Of a DNA stretch of 64,000 nucleotides, positions 24,639 through 37,900 are shown piece after piece (position 1 is the stretch's first letter; each line of letters starts with the position of its first letter). The notes beneath the pieces are model-generated. The model was not told the DNA's origin, made no database searches, and saw nothing but the letters and a program-made list of their open reading frames with translations. Made by a program: the position numbers and the translations under genes. The stretch lies in contig JBHGNT010000001.1 in the NCBI GenBank assembly GCA_043228905.1, positions 5,394,001-5,458,000 on the forward strand, given 5' to 3'. The stretch is from Azolla caroliniana (lineage: Eukaryota > Plantae > Polypodiophyta).

Positions 24639-26231
24639 ATTGTATCTTTGTACACTTAAAAGAGAAATTATTGCCAACCTTTTGAATAAAATAGCATACC
24701 TTTGATTTGATGGGTAGGTGAATAAAATGCACATTCATTATTTTTACAATCTCACTCATAGAGAAAAAACAAAGCAGTTGTTCAGTTGTTCCTTGTGTAT
24801 ACCAAGAAAAGGCTTCAATTTTTCTACAACATCTCTCCACACACAATATCAAAAGGGCACAAGTATAGTGAGAAAGCATCCCTCAAGTTTACAAAATATC
24901 AAGAGCCAGAACCGGTGTGTTATCAATAATGTCATGTATGCACCATTTAAGCTATTGTTACAAGGCATCTAGCTTTATAATGGAGCATCAAATGAAGGTT
25001 TGAAAGTCTCACATCCCTTTTAAAATAACATTGATATGAAAGTCTCAACTATTTTTCAAAAGGGACAAGTCTCCTGAATGAGGTTATTTTAGTAAATATA
25101 TTTCTTTTTGAGAAAATGGATGCATTTTCAAAGGGCTACGAAATTCCAAAGGCAAGGGTTCAAGTTTGAAAACCTCAAGCATGCTCCTTAGATCTATGTA
25201 TCATTTTCATTTCATATGGAAATGAGATATAGATTTTATAAGTATAACTACAACATCGTTAGATGACACAATATATCTAGGAATTACCGACAAATCGATC
25301 TCAATATTAGTCTATGCAAAACTCAAACCCTTTCTTCGTTTTGTTCCTCTATCAACGTCTTATGCAATCTAGCTTCTACTCAAATCAAGCACACATTATA
25401 AATGATTGTGGATGCCAAGCTATGCATGAAAAGTGGAGATATTTTATTGGACATCCTCCATATCACACCATAATTTTAGAGAAAATTAAGGGGTTTGGAT
25501 CCACCAACACCTCGAAATGAGCACTTTACAAATCCTAATATGTGATTGCCGATACAATTCATATTAAATTTCTCGATCACCTAAGTATCTTTTTTGCATT
25601 GCCTTAAGGGAGTGCTATTGTTCAACTCTTCAGTGTCAACTGTAAAGCCAATTATTTATATCTAGCTAAAAACATGAAAACTTTTTATAAGAAACCTAAC
25701 CTCAAACTTGTTGATCAAGACATGAACATACTTCAACCTTAAGGTTTACAAGTATCATATTTATATTTTTAAATATAAGAATTGTATATTATTATCTAGT
25801 GCAATAATTTGTAAGACTAATTGGCGGGATTTCTAGATTATCTTTTTATATTATATAAAGGCAACCTCTCATATCGTACATGCACATATAGTTTATTGTT
25901 AGGAGGATGCCTTCACCTATGACAATACATTTTAAGAGCCACATAGCAAATCTAGCTTGTTTATATCACCCCGGTCCCCAATTCACTTATTTCAATTTTT
26001 AGGGAAATTTACAATATTCAAAATACCAAATTATCATTTTTCTCCTAATGGTAAACTAATGATGAATTTCATAGATCCTCATAGTCTCAAAATTGTTGAG
26101 AGAATCGTCTAGAGTAGAGTTTGATTCACAAAGTAAGTCATAAAATTTAGAGAACCCAAGTTCAATAATCCTTACCATGGGCCAGGCCCCATCTCATAGA
26201 TTGCAACCGGTCTCCTATGGCAATTTTAAAA

Positions 26232-26249
26232 TCTCTCTCTCTCTCTCTC
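26232..26249. repeat. (TC)9 microsatellite, left boundary of the LINE pair
   Basis: Direct reading. Confidence 0.95.
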
Positions 26250-27973
26250 CAAGATTTGTTGTGGAGAAGAGGGATAAGGTGGGGGTTGCATGAAACCATC
26301 TAGAAACCCTTAAGCGTTGGGGGGGGCTGTTACATTGGACTCATCTATTCATATGATGACTTGTATATTTTTGTTATTGAAAAGTATGTATTCACACTCA
26401 CATCTGTGAATATCTATTCACCGATATTTTATTGAGGAAGAGGGTGTAACATATGGGAGAATGATGACTAAGGCATTATGGTAACAAATTACAATTACTT
26501 AATGGAAGTCCTCCACTTAAAAGTCCTCAATCTGCATCTGTTCAACACTTCTTTTCTTATGGCATGAAGCACTTCCCTTATTTGTATGGGCGCCATCATC
26601 TAGTAGAAAGCATTGTAATTCCTTGCAAAAATAGTTACTCATCTCTTCTTGATTATTATGTTGGCCTTGAAGTGATGCTCCTACATGCTCTAAGAGATCA
26701 ATATGAGGCAATAACTGGTGAGCCTAAGGTTGTGTTTCATAAGCAACAACATTTTCTTCAAGAATTTTGGAAAAAGGCAGAGGTCTTCACCTCTTTTGGG
26801 GAGAGAATAATGTGGAGATATGCTCCACCAAGTTGGCTTTTGTCAACCCCCATCTTGGAAGGACCATGCATGAGGGCTTTTGCTACTCAAGATGTTGGTT
26901 GATGTGGGTATGAGGGTTATATTTTATTGTACGAGTTCTTTGTAGCCTTTGGGCATCTTTCCATTAATACCAAGGTGAATCTTTATTCAAAAATAAAAAA
27001 ACAAAAGTCTTCCACTTAAAATTCCTCCATCTACATGTGTTCACCGCTTCTTGTCTTATGGCATGAAGTGAGAGATTGCACTCTCAATTTTATCACTTGT
27101 CTCGTTTGGGGATCGAGGTTGGGAATGTAGTTGACTTTCTATCTCAAACATTTTCGGAGTTTGTTGACGCAACACAATTATTATACACCACTAATTATGT
27201 GTTATTTTGGCAACAACTACTTAATACAAGATTGATGCAACATCTGAAGAGCAACCATGGCTTGATTGACAATTAGAAGATCGGACGTTGTTTTTGCAAA
27301 TTAAAGACCAATTATGGCTTGATTGGCCTTTAGAGGGGCAGAAGTCCGTTTTTAAAAGTGACTACTAACCTCTTGTAATATGGCTTCATTGAGTCTCTTT
27401 TATAGCTATCATTTAAAGTTGAACAAGAACGGAAGGTATTTAACTTTGATTATGAATGGTAGTTTGCCTTTGGTTTAGCTCTAAACATACTTGGATTAGC
27501 AACATACAATTGGTTATCTTGTATTGTTCTAGTGGAAGATAGTATTCATTATAACTTCCTACAATCTTTAATTGCTCATCAACTTTGGGGTTCCATTGCT
27601 CAACTTTGACAAGTTTTGTCAAGTCTTTGTTATTTGATGCCAGCAAGATAGTGGGTGTTTGCATCATTCACACAAATCAAAGATGAAGATCATTCTCTTA
27701 TTTCTAAGATATACGAGATTGTATCATAATAGGGATATGCATAATGCTTTTGTATTTGATGGTACGCTTGGAGTTAGAGCATCTCTATAGAAGTTGAAGG
27801 GAGTGTTGATGGCGTATGTTTTTGTTTATTGGAGAGAATCAAATATCCTTCCTCAGTGGAGTGTTCATCTTGCCTATTAGCGATTCAACATGGCCCACTA
27901 CCCATGGATGATAAGACCTCTTAGTTGTACTACTATTGTAGTGTTTTTCACACACATTGATCAATGCAACTAT

Positions 27974-27975
<2 letters not shown>
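26250..27975 (+). mobile_element. 5'-truncated, degraded LINE of the same family as 28053-30789, with internal rearrangement/insert
   Basis: Begins LLWRRG..VGVA*NHLETPKRWGG, matching LLWKK...VAWNHLATPKRLGG of the minus copy. 26564-26650 matches ALLLCVWKPSSSREHCNSLQ. 27705-27960 aligns with the reverse complement of 28078-28350. Confidence 0.85.

Positions 27976-28052
<77 letters not shown>
27976..28052. repeat. (TC)n microsatellite, 77 nt, between the two LINE 3' ends
   Basis: Direct reading. Confidence 0.98.
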
Positions 28053-28055
<3 letters not shown>

Positions 28056-30786
28056 GAAAACACAATTATATTAATAAATGTGTGTAAAAAACACTACTTA
28101 CCATGGGTGTGACCATGAAGTATGGGCACCCACTAACTACACTACACTACATGGGTAATGGAACATGTTGAATTGCCAATAGGCAAGACGAACATTCCAC
28201 CGAGGAAAGGATTTCCACTTGCTCCAATAAAGAAAATTGCCACATTAGTACTCCCTTCAACTTTCATAGATATGTTTTCACTCCATGTCTACCATCGAAT
28301 ACAAAAGCGTTGCGCATATTCCAATTATGACACAATCCCCAATATCTCAAAAATAGAAAAACAATCTCCATCTTTGACTTTGGGTCCACCTATGTAAATT
28401 GTGCAAACACCCACTGTCTAGGTGTCAAATAATATTGTGATAAAACTTGCCAAATTTGAGAAATGTAACTCCAAATCTGAGAAGCAATCGGGCATTGTAT
28501 AAATCGATGAGTACTATCTTCCATTTGAACAGTGCAAAAAGCGCAATTACCCGTTGTTAGTCCACGACGCTTTAGAGCTATTCCCAAAGGCAATCCTCCA
28601 ATCAAAACTCTCCAAATGAAGACCTTTGCTACAAGTGGCAATTTAGAATGCCAACTACGTTGTAAGATTTGCCACCACCCATGATCAGATTTGTGTAATC
28701 TCCATTCTTCTTCAGTCTTAGATGATAACCATCCAAGAGACTCAACAGAGCAATGATACAAAAGATTAGTGGTCACTTGTAACAACGATGTTTGACCCTT
28801 TAAACACCTATCAATCCACGATTATTCTCCTATTTGTAGAGGTAAGGGACCTTGCATCAATGGAATATTTCGTAGTTGTTGTCAAATAAACCCATAATTA
28901 GGCGGAATGCATAATAATTGTCGTGCTTCAACAAACTCCAAAATTCTTTGAGATGGAGCCTCAACTATATCTCCCACCTCTTTGACCCCCAAACGAAACA
29001 AACGATTAAATTGAGAGCGTAATCTCTCCTTTCCTGGCCAACATAATAACCGAGAAGACACAAGTAACTCTTTTTGCAAAGAATTACAATGCTCTCTACT
29101 AGATGATGGTTTCCATACACATAACAAGAGTGCTTCTTGCCATGAGGTAACCAAGTGTTGAACACATGTAGAGCCCGGAATCCTAAGTGAAATACATCCA
29201 TTTAGTAATTGCCACCATGAAGCCTTAATTGTTGTCCTCCCATGTGTTAAACCCTTGTTCTCAATGCAATATTGAACAATAGATATCCATGGTTCTGAGG
29301 TTGAACACATGTCTTGTAATAATGAAAATCTACGAGCCACCATATGTTTAGATAAGTTCATACTCCAGCTCCCCCCAAGCGCTTAGGAGTTGCTAGATGA
29401 TTCCATGCAACCCAAGTGATTCCCATCTTATACCTTTTCTTCCACAACAAATATTGAAGAGGTTGCAAAATAGAATGCAAAGCCTTCTTTGTCCATGGTA
29501 GCAATGGCAAGTAATATAGTATCATAGGTTCCATAATACATTGTACAACCTTCAAACGTACATGAAATGACCAAGATTGTGATTTCCAATACATGAACTT
29601 ATCCCTCAACTTATTAGACATCCATTCAATCAATTTACCATTTGTAACATTCATTCCTAATGGATAGCCCAAGTGTCGAAAAATAGAGCCTTTCTTCACC
29701 ACAGATCCTTGCCATCCTAAACATTCCAAATCCCTTTCAGTACATGATATGAGACTAGACTTCCTCCAATTAATATGTAATCCGGATGTCAATGCAAATT
29801 GGTTCCATACAAGCATCCCCTTCTCAAGATTCTCTTGTGAGGCTTGTAGAAACATGAAAGAATCATTAGCCAAAGCTTGTGCAACTAGTTGCCCTCTAGA
29901 CGGAAGGTGTAGACCCACAATATCACCATTTGTTGCAAGCCTTGATAGCATCACTAACAAGGGATGAGTAAAAATAGCAAACAACAACTGGCTTATAAGG
30001 CATCCTTGACGAGCGGATCTTGTAAGGGCAATATCTTATGTAACTCCTCCATTAAGCATGACTCGAGACACCGCATCTTGTCCTAATAAAAATATGAGGC
30101 GAGACATACAAGGTCCAAAGCCCATTGTATGCATTAACCCAGAAACAAAGGACCAATTAACATGATCATAAGCTTTCTCCAAATCTAATTGCACCATAAT
30201 CAATTCTTGATGAGTGTTTCGAGCATAATCCATGGCCATTTGAACATTCAACACATTATGCAATATATTCCTACCTGCAATAAAACCATATTGGGCGGGA
30301 TGTATCAACTTTGGCAAATACTTTTGTAATCTATTTGCCAAGACCTTTGTAAATATCTTATACAACCCCCCCATCAAAGAAATAGGTCTCCATTGATGAA
30401 ATGACTCTGAAGATGCCACCTTTGGAACTAATTTAATTAGACCAACCTTCCAAGCTTGAGGTATACGACCATAATCCCAAGAATGTTGAAACATCAAAGT
30501 TAAGGGCCCCTTTAAAATTTATGAATATCGCTTAAAAACTTCATTTGTCAAGCCATCCCAACCAGGGCTCTTACCACTCAGAAGATGCCTTAAAACTATG
30601 TCCACCTCATCCTTAGTGAAATCCGCATCCAATTCATGACTGATGAGGTCATGCACAATACATCCAACCACATCATAAAACTCATGACGTGCTCTACTCA
30701 CCTCATTTGTCATTAACAATTGTGGGCCAATCAACTCCTTAAAGTAATGAACACACATGTCAATTATTTTAGTAGGATCCACTATC

Positions 30787-30789
<3 letters not shown>
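28053..30789 (-). mobile_element. 5'-truncated L1/Tx1-like LINE (2.7 kb): RT, zf-RVT and 3' UTR
   Basis: KSPGWDGL, WRPISLMGG, QYGFIAGR, LDLEKAYDHVNW, RQGCLISQ, LAND (from LADD), HLGYPLG, PKRLGGAG, CAFCTVQMEDSTHRFIQC. No poly(A); the 3' end abuts (AG)n. Confidence 0.95.

Positions 30790-30839
<50 letters not shown>
30790..30839. repeat. (TC)25 microsatellite at the 5' junction of the minus-strand LINE
   Basis: Direct reading. Confidence 0.98.
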
Positions 30840-30841
<2 letters not shown>

Positions 30842-31347
30842 GATTTTAGGGGTTCTTGCTACTCTAGGGTTACTACATTTTAGGGTTTCTTGTTACATTT
30901 TAGAGTATCTATATTTTAAGATTTCTTCGGGTTTCTAGACAAATGCCACCAAACCCATAATTATAATGCTTTTTAGTGTTTTGGGTTTTTTTCTCATTTT
31001 CTCTTCTTTCTTAGAAGTAATCATACTTCTCTCCCTATCAATTACCACCCACCCATGACAAACACCACCAAAACCCTATAACAAGGATTTTATGTTTTAC
31101 AATTTTTATATTTAGGATTTGTTACTATGTTATAGGGTTTTGTTCACGATGCATTTTTGCATCGTCAGATTGTTAGGGTTTGTTGGATTTTCAAGTCCCT
31201 TTTCTCTTCTTTCTCTCACTATCAATGACCAATGCCCACCGATAGACACCACCAAACCCATGACAAGCCTCGAGAAGATGATGAACCCCTAGTGCCCAAA
31301 GGGTGGATAAAGATTTCCCATGCCAAAGAAGGTGAAGTCAACAACCT

Positions 31348-31472
31348 AAACAACATTAGACTTAACTAAAATGGAAATCAAAGCAAAAGAGGCTACCATA
31401 TAGATGAAGAAACAACAATAGACTTAACTAAAATGGAAATCAAAGCAAAAGAGGCTACCATATATATGAAGA
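31348..31472. repeat. 62-bp tandem duplication
   Basis: AAACAACA.TAGACTTAACTAAAATGGAAATCAAAGCAAAAGAGGCTACCATATA.ATGAAGA twice. Confidence 0.9.
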
Positions 31473-33667
31473 TAACTAAGAAACATTCGTAATAACAAGG
31501 AATTGAACACATACAACTACAATTAAAGAAATTCAAATGAGGCATGCAAGATAACTTATTGCAAGTGTCACGAATATTCTCTAGTCACCAATTTCACACC
31601 TGACTACAAAAGGACACATTGTACCAAGATTGTGTACACCAATGAAGAAGCAACCTCATTCATCAAATCGTAAAGAGCTAGAAAAGACACCAATAATACT
31701 CACACACTCATATGACAATTTTTTAACAAATACAAAGAATTTCCTTCCTTGAAAAGTGAGTTGTACTACCCAACTGACTCTAGACCAAACAACAAAATAT
31801 ATGGAAAAGATCAACCACCTAGCTATCTGCAATAGGATGAAGTCATGGCTAGATTCTAATGACCTTATATTTTCCAATAAGGAGGCAATGGGACCATACA
31901 TGATTATCTTGAAGACAAGTTATGCCATCAACATTCACCATTCCGCTTCATATAATCATTGCAACCACATTCATCCTTCCCTAACATTTCCAACAACACA
32001 CCCTCATCACCACCCTCTCCCTTATTTGCAATCATCCACAAGTATACCCATGAACTAGCAAAAACAAAAGTATAACCTAACATTTTCATCAAGGATTCCA
32101 CCATCTAGACCCAACCATAGCCCTTGATGCCCTTCTCTTCCAACTCTCTACTAGACTCCACACCTCTACCACCAAATAGTTTTCCATACCACTCACTATC
32201 TAGATGCCAAATCCTTGGAAATATGCCCCAAAATCATTGGTACACCAAGGAATGTAAAGAGATGCGTCGACAACTTTATACAAATGAAAGTCTTGTGGAG
32301 ATCATACAACAAATAGCTCATGAACAAATGTGAACCCTTAACACCAAAAAGATCACATTTATGAGAAAGCACAATATTGGTATTTATACCACTTGGATGA
32401 TCAAAGACTTAGCCACTACCGAGCAATGTATGAGAGAGCCCTAAACCCAATCAAGAATCCACATCTATGGCATTCTTATGCAAAAAGGTTGCATATGACT
32501 CTCACCAACACCTCTTACCATAACCATCAATGTCTCACCCAACCATCTCCACTTTCCTCAATTCATACAAAGTTGAGAAGGCCACCTGATGCCTTCAACA
32601 TTGACAAGTCTATGGTATTGAAGTTGCATCATGGTATCAAAATGTAACGAATTTGAAGACATGTAAAGTAGGCAATGAAGGCATGGTAGAGGATGAATGT
32701 CACTTGCTCTTCACATGCTCGGCATATAGTGCAATTCGTTCAAGATATGTTGACATACTAAGAGTGATAACTTAAGTGCCATACTTAAGGCACCACCTAG
32801 AAGGTTGAGCTCATGTGTGTATGCTTTATTCACACATAGAGACTTGTGCTTCAATGTATGAATACCCCTTCTTAGGAAGGAGACACATATCAAGAACACA
32901 TGTATACTCTTGTCCCATAGGTCAAAATTGGCCTAAAATTCTAATTCTAATTCTATCCACGTGGGATTACAAGGTTCATATATGTCTACATAACACTTGC
33001 CCTATCCTTATACACGTGTTAATTAGAGTCTTCCCAACACATGGGTTATGCATATTATTGTGCCTATCCATAAGTCAAGGAGGCCCCTTCAACCAAAGAA
33101 CTATCAAACTATCCTGATTGGCCACACACTCACTAAACCTTATGAAATGGTGCTTGAAGCAAAACCCAACACGAGCCCCAAGGCTAATGATATTTAGAAG
33201 AGCCTTCTCTACCAATGTGTCATTACATTACGTTTCTTGATTGGATGCTTTGTAGATTTCTACAAGGCTTTGGAGATTGTACCATGGAAACAAAATTCCC
33301 TCTAACATGATGTAGGAAGGAGGTAGGTGTCTGGAGGACTATCAAAAGTATTGAAAATCACCATTGATCTGAACAAGAATGCCCACTCCCCCCTACTTCT
33401 TTGGGTTGTTGATGGTTAAGTAAAACAAACTACATCCATCACATGTCAAGACGGCAATGAATTTGACATACAAAGTGCACTCATCCACATTCTACTATAC
33501 ACTAATGACATCATAAACTTGATCCTTCAACCTAATGAAGGTCTACATCATCATCTAAATGCCGTAAATTTTTTTAGTTGTGAAAAAGGGCTTAGGCTAA
33601 AGCTAAGAAACAAAGTTCATTATCTTCCACATATCTAGCTCAACTCACGAACAAACTATTTTCACCC

Positions 33668-33997
33668 TATCATGAGGGCAAGTTGAATTGATTGATTCCT
33701 ATGCATACATAGATGACGCATTTATAACCACAAAGTACAACTATTCGACCACATGGTGATCTCTCCCCATTGGTACAGCCATGTGGACTCTAGGCCTCCC
33801 CATGTACATTTGGACTTAAATAGGGTGTCCTTTATCATGAGGGCAAGTTGAATTGATTGATTCCTATGCATACGTAGATGACACATTCATAACCACAAAG
33901 TACGGCTATTCGACCCCATGGTGATCTCTCCCCCATTGGTACAGCCATGTGGACTCTAGGCCTCCCCATGTACATTTGGACATAAATAGGGTGTCCA
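33668..33997. repeat. 165-bp tandem duplication
   Basis: Units start TATCATGAGGGCAAGTTGAATTG at 33668 and 33833. Confidence 0.95.
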
Positions 33998-34969
33998 TTA
34001 GTAATAATGCTGTCAAGGATTATACAGAGCAACGGATCCACTCCACCCAAGATCATCTATGCTGAAGTGGCAGCATCCTTGTAATGCTAGAAGCATTATT
34101 CGAACCAGATTCGAACCATGCCTCCTCAAAGGACTACACCTAAAGCATTTTCATCATCAAACTAACTGCCAATAATAGAACCCATTTTTAACATCAAACT
34201 ATCTGCTAACAATAGAACCCGAAAATGACACCCATTAAATATTTTTAAACCTCTCCAAAATAATGAATAGAACAATGTTTTGCAGCAAGATATAATACAA
34301 CTCAATGCCCAAAAGAATTGCATCACATAAGGGAACCTCTTCACCAAAAGATGACCAACTGCAAAATCGTCTCATGAACTTCTTAGAGGATGGATTCATA
34401 CAAAGACCAAGGTACAAATAATAGGACAACTTAAAATTTTAGCTCTTATATGTGCAAATTTAACAAAAAAAATTCAAGAAAAAGCAAAAAGGTAGGGGCA
34501 CTCGAGAATTAACAAAATATTAGATGCATTTGAGAGAAATAAATTAAACCTAGAGTATTTTGAAGTATTTCCCAAAACATAAATCCCGTTCAACTGACTA
34601 CATTGGAAAATAGAAATGCAATTTTGAAACGTCCACTTTGAAAAGATTAGACATTACAAAAATTCCAAATCAAGCCCCTCCAAATTATCACGTCTTTTTC
34701 AGATGCTTTTGATCCAAATCTCAAAGGAAAGCAAATGAAGTATGGAAAGGGTACAGGAATGTATATTTGTGGTAATACTTCATTGTTTCCTCTAATGCTT
34801 TGTCATAATTTAGACTGGCATAGAAAGATCTCAAGATATGGATATGCTACACTAGAAAAGGAAAAAATTTGGTTTAGTTCTTTGTATTAGTTGTTCTAGC
34901 CCGAGCCCAGCTTATCAAAAAAATACATATGGATGTATAATGCTTGTGTTTGCAATATATACTCAAACA

Positions 34970-37900
34970 TCATGCTGGAAGCTGTAGTTTTTCGCTATTC
35001 TTCCAGCTGTAAAAACAAGGGAAATATTTTACATTTCAGCATTTTAAAAATCTTTGGAATGGTGACTATAATACTACACACTAGTACATGGTTTTCGTTA
35101 CAACCAGAGTATTCAGGTTTAATTATGTCATCATCTAGACAAGAGCATTAGGTTAAATAAAAGGAACTATTAACGCCTCAAAGTGATAAAAAAAATCTAT
35201 TTCATCCCATCATTTAACTCACATGGCTTAACACTATCACTATGTTAACTAATACAGACCTTACTCTGACACTCTAATGCTACTATTGCAAAGTCAATTT
35301 TGAAATGGAGGCAACAAAGATATCAATCAACTAGACATCTAGACAATTCATTATTCTTTAAAAATGTTTTGACAGTGTTTAATGAGTTTAGAACTTTATA
35401 TCTGTTATCATAAATATAAACAAATTCCCTGCCCAATTCTATCAGCTCTTTACATGATTAATTTATTATGAAATCATTATAAATATTTTAGAAGAAAAGA
35501 TGGCATTACCTTTTTAAGTAATAATAGAAAAAATCTGCATATAAAGCTGTCTGGACAAGGCCAGAAATCCATGCTGCAAATAAACAAAAAGTATGCTCTC
35601 TTTCTCTCCTTTTTTTCTGCAACATTTTAAATAAGAGAGAAGGAAAGAAGGGGAAAGAAAAAGAGATGGTGGGCCAAAATGTTTTGTGACACCAATGAAA
35701 CTACATACCACTGAGATCAGATAACAACAAGGAAAATAACTGAGTCTATGGAATACAAAACAAATATATGCATTTAGGTGCAGGTTGAGAGGACAGTAGT
35801 ATTTCTACTCGTATCCATCACCATGGGAAGTTAAATACCAAGATTTACAGAGTATGTGTGGGAGGTATGAGAAAAAATCTTGACGCGTCCCATGTAGCAG
35901 TACTAACACTAATCCTCCTCAGTGGTTCCTCAGAAGAAATCCAGTGATATCTGTAGCTAAATGGAACCTCTGGATGCGTCCACCTCATTATGGAGCTCTT
36001 GAATCTCAAGTGGACATAATAACTCTGGAATTGATCTAAAGGCCCAAAAAACTCTCTAAAATGGCACAGAATATGCCCCCTCAAATCTCATAGTTTAAAT
36101 GTAATGCTCCTTCAACTCGAGAGTTCTGCTTGATGATGTGACATATGCTTCCTCTCAAGTATGCCTCTCCAAGTCTCCCTCTCAATCTCTAGTGTAGGCA
36201 AGGGAGTGCGTCTCTTACCAATGGCATGTCTTGAGCTTATGGGATCAATGAGTATCAAGTATGATATTCACTTCCAGAAAATCAATACGAAGTTTTGATT
36301 GTTCAACCTATTAGTCACACTTACCCTTTCTATGGGGTATAAACATGGGAACCTAGGTTAATACATAAAACATGGGATCAAAAGCACAACAGAGATTCAG
36401 GAAATGTATCACAGTGAAACACTTGTTGAACAATAAGCACAAAGAGTGAAGATGGGGCATGCTATTGCTGATGGTATTCACAGGAGCAACTACTTGTGAT
36501 GATATCTCAAACCATCAAACGCAAAGGTTAGGGCCACATGTCCATTATCCAGCTCAGCTTCAGTTAACCCCAACACTGATCATAAGATATGTTCATATGG
36601 TGTGTGTAGGCTATGGAAGATCATCTAAGTGTAGATTCAAGCATTCTTGACTTCATCCATACAGATATTTGTTCAGATGCTTTCATTTGGGACGTCTTGG
36701 ATCATATAGATCGAGAACTGGCTTCTTGCTCAAGATCCACACATTCAAGTGAATCATTGATTGAAACAAAATCAATTCACAAGGATAAAGTAGTCAAATA
36801 AATATATAAGACATCAAACGAATAAAGGATAAAAGTCATCATTATTATTCTATTGTTGTTCATAAGACTTATATGGAGGCTCATCGAAAAGATTTTAATT
36901 AAAACAAAGTAAATTATTAACAGAAACAAAATACACTCACAAGGATAGAATACTTAAACAAAGGTATCTTACATCAAAATAATAAAAGATAAAAGTTATC
37001 ACTATCTTTCTATCACTACATGAGAGCAGAGAAACTTACTGAGCCATCTCCGGTAATGGCTTTCTGTGAAATAACGATATATCCAATTTAAAATATAAAA
37101 CCCTCTATAAGCTCTGCAAAGCAGACAACAAATTTGCCAAATCAATATATGCATCAACAGAATAAAGAATAATAAATAATGGTAAAACTTACCCAAGGAA
37201 AAACACATAGTTTCCGGTCAAATTATCTACATTTTTAGTTCGTTGTAACAACACCAATTGCGGAAGTATCGCAACTGCTTCAAGATATAATGAGAATGTC
37301 CACATCACCTATATTTCATAGAAAATTATTATAAGCAGCCATCCGTGTTGCAACCAGGTTCAAACTTTCTTTTTTGTCCAAAAGGACTCCAATTATCATG
37401 TGGAATAACTTAGAGAGAAACATAAAAAATAAACACATACAGCAGACAAGAGTGTCAAAATAGTTGGAGGGAACTGATGAAGATAAAAATGTAGGATGCT
37501 TTATTAATGAAACTACATTTTGGACCCAAGCAGAGATTCTAGAATTGCTGGGAAAAAAGGAATTCAGAACATTTTTCCCAATCAAGAATTTGAACTTCTT
37601 TTTCGGATGTTGTGCTTCTTTTGGGAAACTGTGGATTGTTTTTTTACCAGAACATCGCATTCAAACCTCATAAAGACATGCTCTTTCACTCAAGCTCTCC
37701 CTCAACTCCCTATACCTCTCCTAAATCTATGGAACACCTGTAGTCATCAACATATAAATTTGTATATTCTTAATGTTGCATATATTATAATGCTACCAAC
37801 TATGTTGTGCAAATTATAGACGGACAGTGAAGTTTTTTGGCACTTCTTAATCTGGCTCACAACACCCTTAGGGGATGTTTTCACCAGAATCGATTGAACT

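Larger units (their letters stand above)
31300..34400 (+). mobile_element. Jumble of degraded RTE/RTE-X-like LINE fragments
   Basis: PQNHWYTKECKEMRR (32225); C-terminal finger TCKV...VEDECHLLFTCSAYSAIRSRY (32660-32750); LYTNDII...GLHHHLNA (33495-33565); SRIIQSNGSTPPKIIYAEVA (34012). Confidence 0.6.

Noticed and set aside
27839-28063. ORF with a poly-(RE) tract (likewise poly-SL ORFs at 30720 and 47658, and poly-R at 46126)
   Set aside because: These are translations of (AG)n/(CT)n/(CTT)n microsatellites, not genes.
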